DNA from: a virus
Taxonomy: Duplodnaviria; Heunggongvirae; Uroviricota; Caudoviricetes
Direction: 5' to 3' (one strand)
Length of the DNA: 64,000 nucleotides
IMG/VR virus record: IMGVR_UViG_3300005613_000033
Coordinates: 19,132-83,131 of that record
The notes under the pieces are model-generated. The model saw only the letters and a program-made list of their open reading frames with translations. It searched no databases and was not told where the DNA came from. The position numbers were made by a program, and so were the translations under genes. Shown piece by piece: positions 1 through 8,292 of the stretch; position 1 is the first letter of the stretch, and each line of letters opens with the position of its first letter.

Positions 1-1214
1 TGATCCTGAAGAGGGTCAATGATACGCCAAGCTTGCTCGACTTCCTCGGCACTCGTGAAAAGACTCTGGTTGCCGTTGAACGCATCCATGAGTAAGGTCT
101 GGTACGCATCGGGAAAAGCGTCCCCATACTGGAACAACAGATTCTTGTCACCGACAGCGCCCCATCCAGGAACCTTAGCTGTAAAGTGTAGACGGATAGA
201 CTCGTCTGGCTGGAGCTTAATGACCAAGCGATTAGGTGTCGCGTTGTGGAAAATGCTATGGGGCACCTGTTTGAACTGAATCACAATCCGAGTGGTTCGC
301 TCCTTCAATTCTTTACCAGACCGCAAGTAAAACGGCACACCAGTCCACCGCCAATTGTTAATCGTAAGCTTTGCACAACTGAAGGTCGGATTCATAGAAC
401 CGGGATGTACCCCAGGCTCTTGCCGATACCCATCGTATTGACCTTGTAAAGAGTCCTTCAATTGAGGTGCATAAAGCGTCGGAATAGCCTTCAATAATTT
501 CAGTTTCTCGTCCCTAATGTCTTCTAGGCTGCTTGGGGCCTCCATTGCCACTAAAGTAAGCAGTTGAAGTAAGTGGTTTTGGAACATGTCTATCAAAACA
601 CCACTCTGATCGTAATAACCGGCCCGAGACCCGATCCCGCCTGTCTCAGCAGCGGTGATTTGCACATGATCTATATAGTCACGGGTCCAAATGGGTTCAA
701 AGATCGCGTTGGCGAATCGAAACACGAGAAGATTCTGTACAGTTTCTTTCCCCAGGTAGTGGTCGATCCGATAAAGCTGGTCCTCCCGAAAGTAGCGATG
801 AAGTTCTTTGTTCAACGCTTGTGCGGTTTCCAGGTTTGTGCCAAATGGTTTCTCGACAATCAATTTGCGTGGTACAATAGGATGCTTCACACCTTCCATT
901 ATACGGCTCGCTATGGGGCCGTAGAGGTCGGGGTTGACAGCGAGGTAGTAAACCTCACCATCGGGAATCATATCCTTAGTGGCGTCCCCAGGGCAGTAGG
1001 AAAGCAACTGAGAAAACTGTTGCCACTTAGCACCGAGGTCTTGACCTTGAGTAAGGTGTTCAATCCACTCTGCGTCTGTGAAGTTTGTACGGGATACACC
1101 AAAGATACGGATGTTTCCGAGTTTGTTGTTTAACCATAGGTTATACAATGCCGGAATCAATTTGCGGCGTGTTAAATCGCCCGATGCACCAAAGATAACA
1201 ATGTTTCTAGGCAT
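1..1214 (-). CDS. zwf: glucose-6-phosphate dehydrogenase, 3' partial (runs off window start)
   Basis: Hand translation of the minus strand from the ATG at 1214-1212 gives MPRNIVIFGASGDLTRRKLIPALYN (G6PD NADP-binding motif) and later RIDHYLGKE (G6PD active-site signature). The frame stays open to position 1, where the sequence ...EEVEQAWRIIDPLQD is still G6PD-like. Absent from the ORF track because there is no stop in the window. Confidence 0.85.
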   Translation of the reverse strand, partial: MPRNIVIFGASGDLTRRKLIPALYNLWLNNKLGNIRIFGVSRTNFTDAEWIEHLTQGQDLGAKWQQFSQLLSYCPGDATKDMIPDGEVYYLAVNPDLYGPIASRIMEGVKHPIVPRKLIVEKPFGTNLETAQALNKELHRYFREDQLYRIDHYLGKETVQNLLVFRFANAIFEPIWTRDYIDHVQITAAETGGIGSRAGYYDQSGVLIDMFQNHLLQLLTLVAMEAPSSLEDIRDEKLKLLKAIPTLYAPQLKDSLQGQYDGYRQEPGVHPGSMNPTFSCAKLTINNWRWTGVPFYLRSGKELKERTTRIVIQFKQVPHSIFHNATPNRLVIKLQPDESIRLHFTAKVPGWGAVGDKNLLFQYGDAFPDAYQTLLMDAFNGNQSLFTSAEEVEQAWRIIDPLQD

Positions 1215-1689
1215 ATAGCCGCCTTTTTTTCCATTCGATGTACCGTTTATGTGGTAAAACCGCAATATCGAGCGGAATTCCTTCTGCAATCCGGTATGCA
1301 AGGGTTCGATAGACAACTCCACAGCGAGGATCGTCAGCTATGTCTTTGATTCGTAAGTAATCGGTGCCCCAAACATTGTAGACCTTTACAGTCGTGGGGA
1401 CTTCACGTACCGCGTCATACAACGGTATGTCGTCGTACACACGGCGTCGAAGTTTCTCAAAGCTAACCTCACATCGCGCGTCGTTAGCGACATCTTTCAA
1501 GGTGGGATAAGTTTCGTCCCAGACTTGATACCATGAGATATCCGACGCGGTGCGCGCAGCGTCATGGGGCGACCACCCATAAATACGAATCCGTGTCCAG
1601 AGGGTTCGATATGAGACAGCGCAACGCGGGTCACCAGCAAGAGACTGGATTGACCTGTAATTTTGTCCAAAAGCTTGTACGCGGTTCAT
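1207..1689 (-). CDS. small DNA-binding protein with three tandem HTH (NUMOD1-like) repeats
   Basis: 160 aa. Three repeats of the form I/L-x-D/S-[LVI]-A-x-D-[PA]-R-C-x-V-[SV]-[YF]-[RE]-[TK]-L-x-x-R-[IV]. RBS GAGAGGAGC before the ATG at 1689. Its TAG stop (1209-1207) lies 5 nt inside zwf, whose ATG is at 1214. Confidence 0.55.
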   Translation of the reverse strand: MNRVQAFGQNYRSIQSLAGDPRCAVSYRTLWTRIRIYGWSPHDAARTASDISWYQVWDETYPTLKDVANDARCEVSFEKLRRRVYDDIPLYDAVREVPTTVKVYNVWGTDYLRIKDIADDPRCGVVYRTLAYRIAEGIPLDIAVLPHKRYIEWKKRRLYA

Positions 1690-1823
1690 AGGCTCCTCTC
1701 AAAGCTCTACTACAAGTATATCAGATAAAAGCTCAAAAGTCAAGGGATTCTTGGGGAATTTTGAAGAAAAAATGGCATTTTTGTCGGCTAGGACAATGTA
1801 AATCTGTATACAAATCTACCGAA

Positions 1824-1912
1824 GATTGCAATAAAAGTTGCAATCCATGTAGTTTTCCGAATTTTTTCTCGGTTTATAACGATTATTCCGATAGGAGTAT
1901 AAGAAGGAGAAA
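1824..1912 (+). promoter_or_regulatory. conserved upstream cassette copy A (core TTGCAATCCATGTAGTT at 1838-1854, with ...CCGATAGGAGTATAAGAAGGA)
   Basis: ~85 nt element repeated near 57241-57330, 57426-57442 and 57751-57823. It ends 5 nt before the ATG of the gene at 1917. Confidence 0.5.
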
Positions 1913-1916
1913 CTTT

Positions 1917-2456
1917 ATGGGTATACCGAGCCCCGAAAAACGCTGTCAACACGTCAATGACGACGCCCAATGCCCCCTCGAACGGGTAGAAGGGTCAATT
2001 TATTGCCACACTCACGATAGACATGCGCTCAAGCGTCTGGAAGACCAAAAGGTCCGCCAGTACCTCTTGACTGAAGCTCAATACTCGAATCGTCTGGCCG
2101 CCCTCTCGGACCACGACGACATCAAATCACTCCGCGAAGAAATCGCTTTTGCTCGAATGCTCGTCGAGAAGCGATTCAATATGATCCATGACGACGGGGA
2201 TTTGCTCGCGGCTTGCGGTACACTCAATACCCTACTCCTTACAGTCGAGCGTCTGGTAAAGTCCTGCAACCTAGTTGAACGAAATCTCGGCACCCTACTC
2301 TCAAAATCATCAGTCTTGAATCTGGGTCGAGATATCATCCATATCATCGTAGATGAACTCGAAGAGGTTGAAGATAAAGACGAAATTATTGATCGTATTG
2401 GTGACCGCATTATTGCCATCATCATAGAAGCCGGTAAGGACCAGAAGATAGAATAA
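1917..2456 (+). CDS. hypothetical early protein, Cys/His-rich N-terminus (possible zinc ribbon), acidic C-terminus
   Basis: ATG at 1917 preceded by AAGGAG. N-terminus CQHVNDDAQCPLERVEGSIYCHTHDRH. The longer ORF-track start at 1761 only translates the repeated promoter cassette. Confidence 0.55.
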   Translation: MGIPSPEKRCQHVNDDAQCPLERVEGSIYCHTHDRHALKRLEDQKVRQYLLTEAQYSNRLAALSDHDDIKSLREEIAFARMLVEKRFNMIHDDGDLLAACGTLNTLLLTVERLVKSCNLVERNLGTLLSKSSVLNLGRDIIHIIVDELEEVEDKDEIIDRIGDRIIAIIIEAGKDQKIE

Positions 2457-2683
2457 TGACGCCAGACTTAGATTTAGTACCTACTGAAGACCTTTTGAAT
2501 GCTTTGAAGCAGCGTTTTGATGTTTTTGCAATGGTTGGTTTGTTTAATCGCGGTGAAGTCTTAAAAACTGAAGATGTATCTTATGCTTTTCGTGGCGAAC
2601 CGTTTGCTTGTTTGGGGGCGACTCAGTTCCTAGGGGCAAAAATTGAACACTACCTTATGCAAAATATCCAAAACAATGAATAA
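2456..2683 (+). CDS. hypothetical protein (75 aa)
   Basis: ORF with TAATG overlap onto the upstream gene. Confidence 0.4.
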   Translation: MTPDLDLVPTEDLLNALKQRFDVFAMVGLFNRGEVLKTEDVSYAFRGEPFACLGATQFLGAKIEHYLMQNIQNNE

Positions 2684-3050
2684 ACTCTGTGATCTCTTTG
2701 TATTAACCGTTGATCTCTTTTTATTAACCGTTGTAGTCAGTGTCATTATGGCTATTTCAGTTGATTTGCAAGCCAACTTAAATACAAATAGTGCACCAGC
2801 TAGTACGAACATAAGTATTGATCTGCCATCCGACTTCCCAGGGGATTTAAGGGAAAACGGATGGCACTTTTACATTTATAAGGAATCGCGTGGCATTCTT
2901 TGCTACGGAAACCAATGTTTAATAGCACTCCAAATTAACGATTACTATGTTACACCCTGGGGCAACTGTTATTGGCATGCAACAACAGGTTGGCAATTCC
3001 ATGCTGCCAAAGGGCCGATTGGCAATAAACTTGAGGTAGGGGATCTATGA
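2676..3050 (+). CDS. small secreted/membrane Cys-rich protein, paralogue of the next gene
   Basis: ATG at 2676. N-terminal hydrophobic helix LFVLTVDLFLLTVVVSVIMAI. Shares NDYYVTPWGNCYW with NDYMRTPWGNLYW in the 3047 gene. Confidence 0.5.
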   Translation: MNKLCDLFVLTVDLFLLTVVVSVIMAISVDLQANLNTNSAPASTNISIDLPSDFPGDLRENGWHFYIYKESRGILCYGNQCLIALQINDYYVTPWGNCYWHATTGWQFHAAKGPIGNKLEVGDL

Positions 3051-3448
3051 GAAAAGCACTAATGATTTTGACACTCTTAACGGGTTTAGTCACAGTCAGT
3101 GACACCAGCAATGGTGTTGTATGCACTACTACACCGATCATCTACGCAATGGATATCTCCCGCACCTATGAGAGGGGAAATTGGAAGCATTACATTCAAC
3201 ACCTTGTACCACCTGGCGACAGATATCTCTATCAAGGTCATTTGTATTACAAAGGGCGTGAGGTCCAAGATGCAAGGAACTACAATGATTACATGAGGAC
3301 CCCATGGGGGAACTTGTACTGGGTAGGGAAAACACGAGTAACTCGGTATGGTTCACAAGGATGGGTGCGAACACCCAACCTTCGATTTCCCATTGGGCAG
3401 GAAGTATTCCCTACGGAAAACGATTACAACTTTACAGAAAGAGACTAA
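3047..3448 (+). CDS. small secreted protein with signal peptide, paralogue of the previous gene
   Basis: N-terminus MRKALMILTLLTGLVTVS is signal-peptide-like. Shares the TPWGN(C/L)YW motif. ATGA overlap with the previous gene. Confidence 0.55.
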   Translation: MRKALMILTLLTGLVTVSDTSNGVVCTTTPIIYAMDISRTYERGNWKHYIQHLVPPGDRYLYQGHLYYKGREVQDARNYNDYMRTPWGNLYWVGKTRVTRYGSQGWVRTPNLRFPIGQEVFPTENDYNFTERD

Positions 3449-3519
3449 GCCATGCGTCTGACTGGCATTAGTATCATTCTGTTAAGATGGCACAATAATC
3501 CATAATGAAAGGGTAAACA

Positions 3520-3756
3520 ATGGCAGCATATGATCTTACACCTCAAGCGGAAGCGGAAGCGGAAGTTCCTGAGAAGTCTTGGTTCCAGTCCAAGATTATC
3601 TGGGTAAATGGCTTAACGTTGGTGGCTGGTATTATCGGCTACTTAGCTGGTCATGACCTGATTGCAAATAACACAGCTTTAGTTGCTGGTTTAGTCGCAA
3701 TACAAGGTCTTGTAAATACCGGCTTACGATTTGTGACTTACACGAAGATTAGTTAA
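3520..3756 (+). CDS. small two-TM membrane protein (holin-like topology, function unknown)
   Basis: 78 aa with two hydrophobic helices (LTLVAGIIGYLAGHDLI and ALVAGLVAIQGLV). RBS AAAGGG. Confidence 0.45.
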   Translation: MAAYDLTPQAEAEAEVPEKSWFQSKIIWVNGLTLVAGIIGYLAGHDLIANNTALVAGLVAIQGLVNTGLRFVTYTKIS

Positions 3757-3928
3757 GTTAAACAGCAACAATGACCCCTAGTAGGACTACTAATAACATG
3801 GCAGAAGACTCTAATAAAACTACTGACGAACAAGAAAAGAAAAACCTGAAGCGACAAAAGATTCGCTTTGCTCGAAATGATGAGCGTAAACCCCGACGAG
3901 AGCGTCCACGACCCGAAGGAAAGTAACC

Positions 3929-4120
3929 ATGGCTAAAAAGAAGCCAAAGAAATGGATTCAAAAAGCGGGGCTCAAGGAAGGTGCTTTAACTAAACAAGCT
4001 AAAGCGGCCGGATTTTCTAGTTGGAAGGCATATTGTGACCAACCAGCAGAAAAACTTAGCACAACAGCTAAACGACGCTGCAATCTTGCTCGAACTTTAG
4101 GTAAACTAGGAGAGAGATAA
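3929..4120 (+). CDS. small basic protein (63 aa)
   Basis: N-terminus MAKKKPKKW..., lysine-rich. RBS GGAAAG. Followed by a GC hairpin. Confidence 0.4.
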   Translation: MAKKKPKKWIQKAGLKEGALTKQAKAAGFSSWKAYCDQPAEKLSTTAKRRCNLARTLGKLGER

Positions 4121-4141
4121 GCCCTGGATGGGCATGTAGGT

Positions 4142-4173
4142 GGGCGGGTAGCCTTGCCCCAGGCTACCCGCCC
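4142..4173 (+). other. 12-bp GC-rich stem-loop without a U-tract
   Basis: GGGCGGGTAGCC..(8 nt)..GGCTACCCGCCC, immediately after the 3929 gene. Confidence 0.35.
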
Positions 4174-4200
4174 CGGAATGAAACTAGCGAGGGAAAAATC

Positions 4201-5034
4201 ATGTTTAATCGGAAACGCAAACTTATGATGACTGGGATAGCCAGCCTCGTTATTATGGCAGTGCTTGGCTTTTTCAGTTTTCAATATGTTTCAGATCAAT
4301 TTGAGACACCGCCTGTGGTTACCACATCAGTAATGGCACAGAAGAATGTTACAATCTACAGTGGGTTAACGCAGAACCTTGCCGGTGATGAAGCCGAAGT
4401 GATTATTGCAGCACCCGCTGAAGTTAAAATAGGGAAGTTAGTTGTCTTGGATGTTTCTCAGTCTGTTGGCAACAAATTTGAATGGATGGTTGTACCCGAA
4501 ACAGAAGACTTCTTAGTCATTGATGAAGGCCGACGTGCGGTTTTTAGTTCTGGTGTACCTGGTGAATTCATGTTCATCGTGGCCTGCGCTGTAAATGATA
4601 GTGTGAATGTTAAGCGACATGTAGTTCGAGTAATTGGTTCTACACCACCACCCCCAACTCCCGACCCTGAGCCGCCTGTACCACCGGGGCCGGCTACTAC
4701 TTTAAGCAAGAAAATAGGGACATGGTGTACTGGAATACAATCCCCATCTCGATCCAATGATGCAGTTAAGTTAGCTGGTGCCTTCGAGAGTATTGCTGCA
4801 CAAATCGACGCTGGGACATTAACACAGCCTTACGATATTATTACAGCTACAACAGAAGCCAATCGCGCCGCCTTAGGTGAACAACTTCAAGCTTGGATTC
4901 CATTTTTACGGTCCCTGCAAGCGGAGCTAGAACAACGTGCCAACAATGGGCTACTGGTTACACAATCCCAGCATTCGGCCGTGTGGAAGGAGGTTGCTAA
5001 AGGGTTGCGATATTTTGCAACTAGCAAGCAGTAA
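4201..5034 (+). CDS. membrane-anchored protein with Pro-rich linker
   Basis: N-terminal TM segment IASLVIMAVLGFFSF. Linker PPPPTPDPEPPVPPGP. RBS GAGGGAAAAA. Confidence 0.5.
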   Translation: MFNRKRKLMMTGIASLVIMAVLGFFSFQYVSDQFETPPVVTTSVMAQKNVTIYSGLTQNLAGDEAEVIIAAPAEVKIGKLVVLDVSQSVGNKFEWMVVPETEDFLVIDEGRRAVFSSGVPGEFMFIVACAVNDSVNVKRHVVRVIGSTPPPPTPDPEPPVPPGPATTLSKKIGTWCTGIQSPSRSNDAVKLAGAFESIAAQIDAGTLTQPYDIITATTEANRAALGEQLQAWIPFLRSLQAELEQRANNGLLVTQSQHSAVWKEVAKGLRYFATSKQ

Positions 5035-5065
5035 ATCCGCATAAGTAGCATATGGAGATAAGGTA

Positions 5066-8000
5066 ATGTTAAGGCGGGATTTTTTGAAATGGGGATTGGG
5101 TACCACGGCTGGCCTTTCAATGGGCTCGGGCCTTTGGATACCCCCCTGGTTGCAAGCAGCGGATGATACAATTCCAACAGCCGTGCAGGGCGGGTGGATT
5201 GATGACCCCATTATACGAGACCGTTGGGTAAGAACGCAAATAAAACCATATCTAACACAACAAAATAAACAAATCCTCAATACTGGAAAAGGTAAACTTG
5301 TTTGCCTTTGGAAGTATTTTGAGGAAGTGACTGAGTCCCCTCTAGTTCCACACCTTCAAGAAATTGGCGATTGTAAGCAAGCTGGAACCTTGGTTACTAT
5401 GGCAGATGGTAATCGCAAAGAAATTGAACGAATCAAAGTTGGAGAATATGTTTTAAGTCATCTAGGACGACCCCAACGGGTTACTAGAACTATACGTAAA
5501 CCGTTTAAGAAAAGCATGATTCGATTTCAAGCTAAAGGAACTTTTGAAGATGTTGTTTGTACCCCTGACCATCTGATTTTTGTGGGTGGGGGGAAATGGA
5601 AACCAGCAGGGGAGCTTAGTCTCGACGACCATGTCTTTATTCAAAGTTATCGAGGTTCTACAATAAGCAAAACATACGATCTCCTTGATATATGTCCCGA
5701 TGCTGAAATTAGAGACAATAAACTACGAGCCAAACAGAGTTCAAAATGGGTAAATCGTTTTGTACATCTGGATGACCGACTTGCTTATGTTATTGGAGCG
5801 TATCTTGCAGAAGGTGGTTGTAGTAGAGCCCAGGGACCTGAATGGAAGCCTGGTCAATGGTGTAAAGTTGATTTTAACTTAGGACATACTGAAGAAAAAT
5901 TTGCTAATACAATCGCAACTCTTATGCAACAAATCTTTGGTATCGAGTGCCAGGTATATTCAGTACCAAGTAAACCAACTGTAAAGTATGTAAGATGCCA
6001 AAACAAAGCGGTCGCCATGTTTTTCAAGCATCTTATACCAGGTAATACTTATACTAAGGAAGTACCTAAGGATATTCTAGTAGCGTCTAAAGAAATTCAA
6101 CTCAAATGTTTATTTGGATGGTTAGAAGGCGATGGCAGTTGCCCCGGCCGAAAACAATGTAAATCCTTAAAGAAACGTGGTCCATGTTGTTCTGGTACCA
6201 GTGTATCGCGTGAACTTGTTACAGGTATGTTTCGACTTGCTAATACTTGTGGTTTTAATCCAACCATGTCGTTTATAAAAGTTCAAGGGGAGCGGGCTCA
6301 AGCTCAAACTCTTTATTTGGGGGTCGCTGACACAGCCAAATTGTATCCAGGAATATCGAATAAAGTTTATACATACCCTGAAGCTAATCCATATGGATTA
6401 AAACGTAAACTACAATCTGTTTCAACTATCTCAAGAGTAGCTACAACTGTATATTGTATTGATGTTGAAGAAGATCATTCCTTTATAGCCAATGGTTACA
6501 GTGTACATAATTGTGTTAGCCATGCTTTTGGACTAGGTGTGGACATTTTAACCGCAGTTCAGATGCTCATGCTTGGTAAGCCTGAGCGTTGGATTGCTAA
6601 AGCTGCTACTGAGATCATTTATGCCGGTAGTCGCCACGAAGTTGGCGGCGGTAGGATCAAGTACAGTGATGGTTCTATGGGAACTTGGGCCGCAGATTTC
6701 ATCTCACAATGGGGCGTATTACAACGCAAGCGATATCTTGGTGGGCAATACGACTACACAGAATATTCAGGACGGGTAGCTCGCGAACTCGGCAAAAAGG
6801 GAGTCCCCGACCCCTTGGAGCCGCTTTGCAGATTACACCCGGTAAAGACCGTTTCGATCTGTAGGTCATGGAATGAATGCCGCGATGCGATAGCAAACGG
6901 ACACCTCGTTTGCATGTGTAGCAATGTGGGATTCAAGACCCGAGGAGGACGAGATAAAGATGGATTCTTGGCCCCGAGCAGACGACCCTGGATGCACGCG
7001 ATGCTTATCGCAGGTGTGGATGATGCTTTTAAGCGCCCAGGCGGTCTTATAATTAATAGTTGGGGTTGCTTTGATGAACAAACCGAAATTCTTACAGACG
7101 AAGGATGGAAGCTGTTCAAAGACTTAAATGAATCTGAAAAAATAGCTACTTTGAATCAAGAAACACATGAACTTGAATATCAAACCCCCACCTGCTACCA
7201 TCGGTATCCATACAATAGTTATTTATGGCATCATAAATCCAGAGATATAGATTTGGCTATTACACCTAATCATAATTTATATGTGGCTAAACGTGATAAG
7301 CCAGAGAACTGGTTTTTAACTCGGGCTGATGAGTGCCTTCAAACTATTAAAATGAAAAAGGATGCTAATAATTCACGACCCGACAAAGAGATTCATCAAG
7401 TAGGTGATGCTAAAATTCCAATGGACTTGTGGTTAGAATTTCTTGGTTACTTTTTATCCGAAGGGTATACTAGTAAAAATCAATCATATCACCAAGGTGC
7501 AAAAAATGGGATACAGAGAATAGTAGGTATTTGTCAAACTAATCAAGTTAACTACAAGATCATTCGTGCTTGCTTGGACCAATTACCTTTTGATTTTAAT
7601 TCCCATGCCAAATTATTTCTAAATCACACAAGCAAGGATTTACTCACAGAATTACTACCTTTTGGTAAAGCCCATGAAAAATATATCCCTGATTATGTTT
7701 GGGAATGTTCTGCCCGCCAATTGAAAATATTGTATGATGCTTTGATGCTAGGGGATGGATCCATTAGTCAAGGTGATACAGGAATAAAACGAACTTATTA
7801 CACTTCGTCCAAGCAATTGGCTGATGATTTTCAACGTTTACTATTGCATTGTGGTTTCGCTGGTGACATTTCGTATACAGATCGGCGAGGACGTGATAAC
7901 GGAACAGGCGGAATTACTCGACATATTGAGTATCGAATAGGCATTAAGATAAAAGCACTAGAGCAAAATATAACTTACAAACCTATTTTATTACCTTATC

Positions 8001-8239
8001 GAGGTGAAGTATTCTGTGTGACCGTTCCGAATCAAGTTATCTATGTACGTAGAAACGGGCGTGCAGTTTGGGCTGGTAATTCTAACTGGGTTTACGGCCC
8101 AAAACGACACGGGCAACCAGAGGGTTCCTTCTGGGCAGATGCTAGTGTCATTGATCGTGGTTTGAGACAAGGGGACAGTATAGCAATGAGTGCTTACCTT
8201 GGATATCCACGTCTTGATCTGGATTATCGTTTTTGGTAA
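5066..8239 (+). CDS. Tat-signal papain-like (C1-type) cysteine peptidase precursor interrupted by two inteins
   Basis: N-terminus MLRRDFLKWGLGTTAGLSMGSG is a twin-arginine signal (RRxFLK). Extein motifs: QEIGD-[intein1]-CVSHAFG (Gln then Cys, oxyanion/catalytic arrangement) and HAMLIAGVDD...GGLIINSWG-[intein2]-SNW (His and Asn-Ser-Trp-Gly of C1 peptidases). The spliced product would be about 339 aa. Confidence 0.7.
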   Translation: MLRRDFLKWGLGTTAGLSMGSGLWIPPWLQAADDTIPTAVQGGWIDDPIIRDRWVRTQIKPYLTQQNKQILNTGKGKLVCLWKYFEEVTESPLVPHLQEIGDCKQAGTLVTMADGNRKEIERIKVGEYVLSHLGRPQRVTRTIRKPFKKSMIRFQAKGTFEDVVCTPDHLIFVGGGKWKPAGELSLDDHVFIQSYRGSTISKTYDLLDICPDAEIRDNKLRAKQSSKWVNRFVHLDDRLAYVIGAYLAEGGCSRAQGPEWKPGQWCKVDFNLGHTEEKFANTIATLMQQIFGIECQVYSVPSKPTVKYVRCQNKAVAMFFKHLIPGNTYTKEVPKDILVASKEIQLKCLFGWLEGDGSCPGRKQCKSLKKRGPCCSGTSVSRELVTGMFRLANTCGFNPTMSFIKVQGERAQAQTLYLGVADTAKLYPGISNKVYTYPEANPYGLKRKLQSVSTISRVATTVYCIDVEEDHSFIANGYSVHNCVSHAFGLGVDILTAVQMLMLGKPERWIAKAATEIIYAGSRHEVGGGRIKYSDGSMGTWAADFISQWGVLQRKRYLGGQYDYTEYSGRVARELGKKGVPDPLEPLCRLHPVKTVSICRSWNECRDAIANGHLVCMCSNVGFKTRGGRDKDGFLAPSRRPWMHAMLIAGVDDAFKRPGGLIINSWGCFDEQTEILTDEGWKLFKDLNESEKIATLNQETHELEYQTPTCYHRYPYNSYLWHHKSRDIDLAITPNHNLYVAKRDKPENWFLTRADECLQTIKMKKDANNSRPDKEIHQVGDAKIPMDLWLEFLGYFLSEGYTSKNQSYHQGAKNGIQRIVGICQTNQVNYKIIRACLDQLPFDFNSHAKLFLNHTSKDLLTELLPFGKAHEKYIPDYVWECSARQLKILYDALMLGDGSISQGDTGIKRTYYTSSKQLADDFQRLLLHCGFAGDISYTDRRGRDNGTGGITRHIEYRIGIKIKALEQNITYKPILLPYRGEVFCVTVPNQVIYVRRNGRAVWAGNSNWVYGPKRHGQPEGSFWADASVIDRGLRQGDSIAMSAYLGYPRLDLDYRFW
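5372..6511 (+). mobile_element. intein 1 (380 aa) with LAGLIDADG homing endonuclease
   Basis: Block A CKQAGTLVTMADG, block B TPDHLIF, LAGLIDADG motifs LAYVIGAYLAEGG and LFGWLEGDGS, block F VYCIDVEEDHSFIANG, block G SVHN followed by +1 Cys. In frame with the host ORF. Confidence 0.85.
7067..8080 (+). mobile_element. intein 2 (338 aa) with LAGLIDADG homing endonuclease
   Basis: Block A CFDEQTEILTDEG, block B ITPNHNLYV, LAGLIDADG motifs LGYFLSEGY and LYDALMLGDGS, block F VFCVTVPNQVIYVRRNG. Ends ...WAGN (penultimate Gly, not His) with +1 Ser, so the C-terminal boundary is less certain than for intein 1. Confidence 0.7.
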
Positions 8240-8292
8240 GTGTTACGTGAGGAGTAGTTTGACGACTATTACCTTAGGTGCGAGGAAAATAG

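Noticed and set aside
573-1133. Plus-strand 186-aa ORF at the left edge
   Set aside because: It lies antisense to the clearly coding G6PD frame, which has the RIDHYLGKE and GASGDL motifs, and it has no RBS or motifs of its own.
1761-1916. N-terminal extension of the ORF-track entry 1761-2456 (CNPCSFPNFF...DRSIRR) and the minus-strand ORF 57223-57486 with the similar CNPCSFRNF peptide
   Set aside because: The shared peptide is only the translation of the repeated non-coding promoter cassette. The real gene starts at ATG 1917 behind AAGGAG.
3771-3926. 51-aa highly basic ORF (MTPSRTTNNMAEDSNK...KPRRERPRPEGK)
   Set aside because: It falls below the ORF-track length cut-off, has no RBS and has an uncertain start. 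It may be real but is not supportable from sequence alone.
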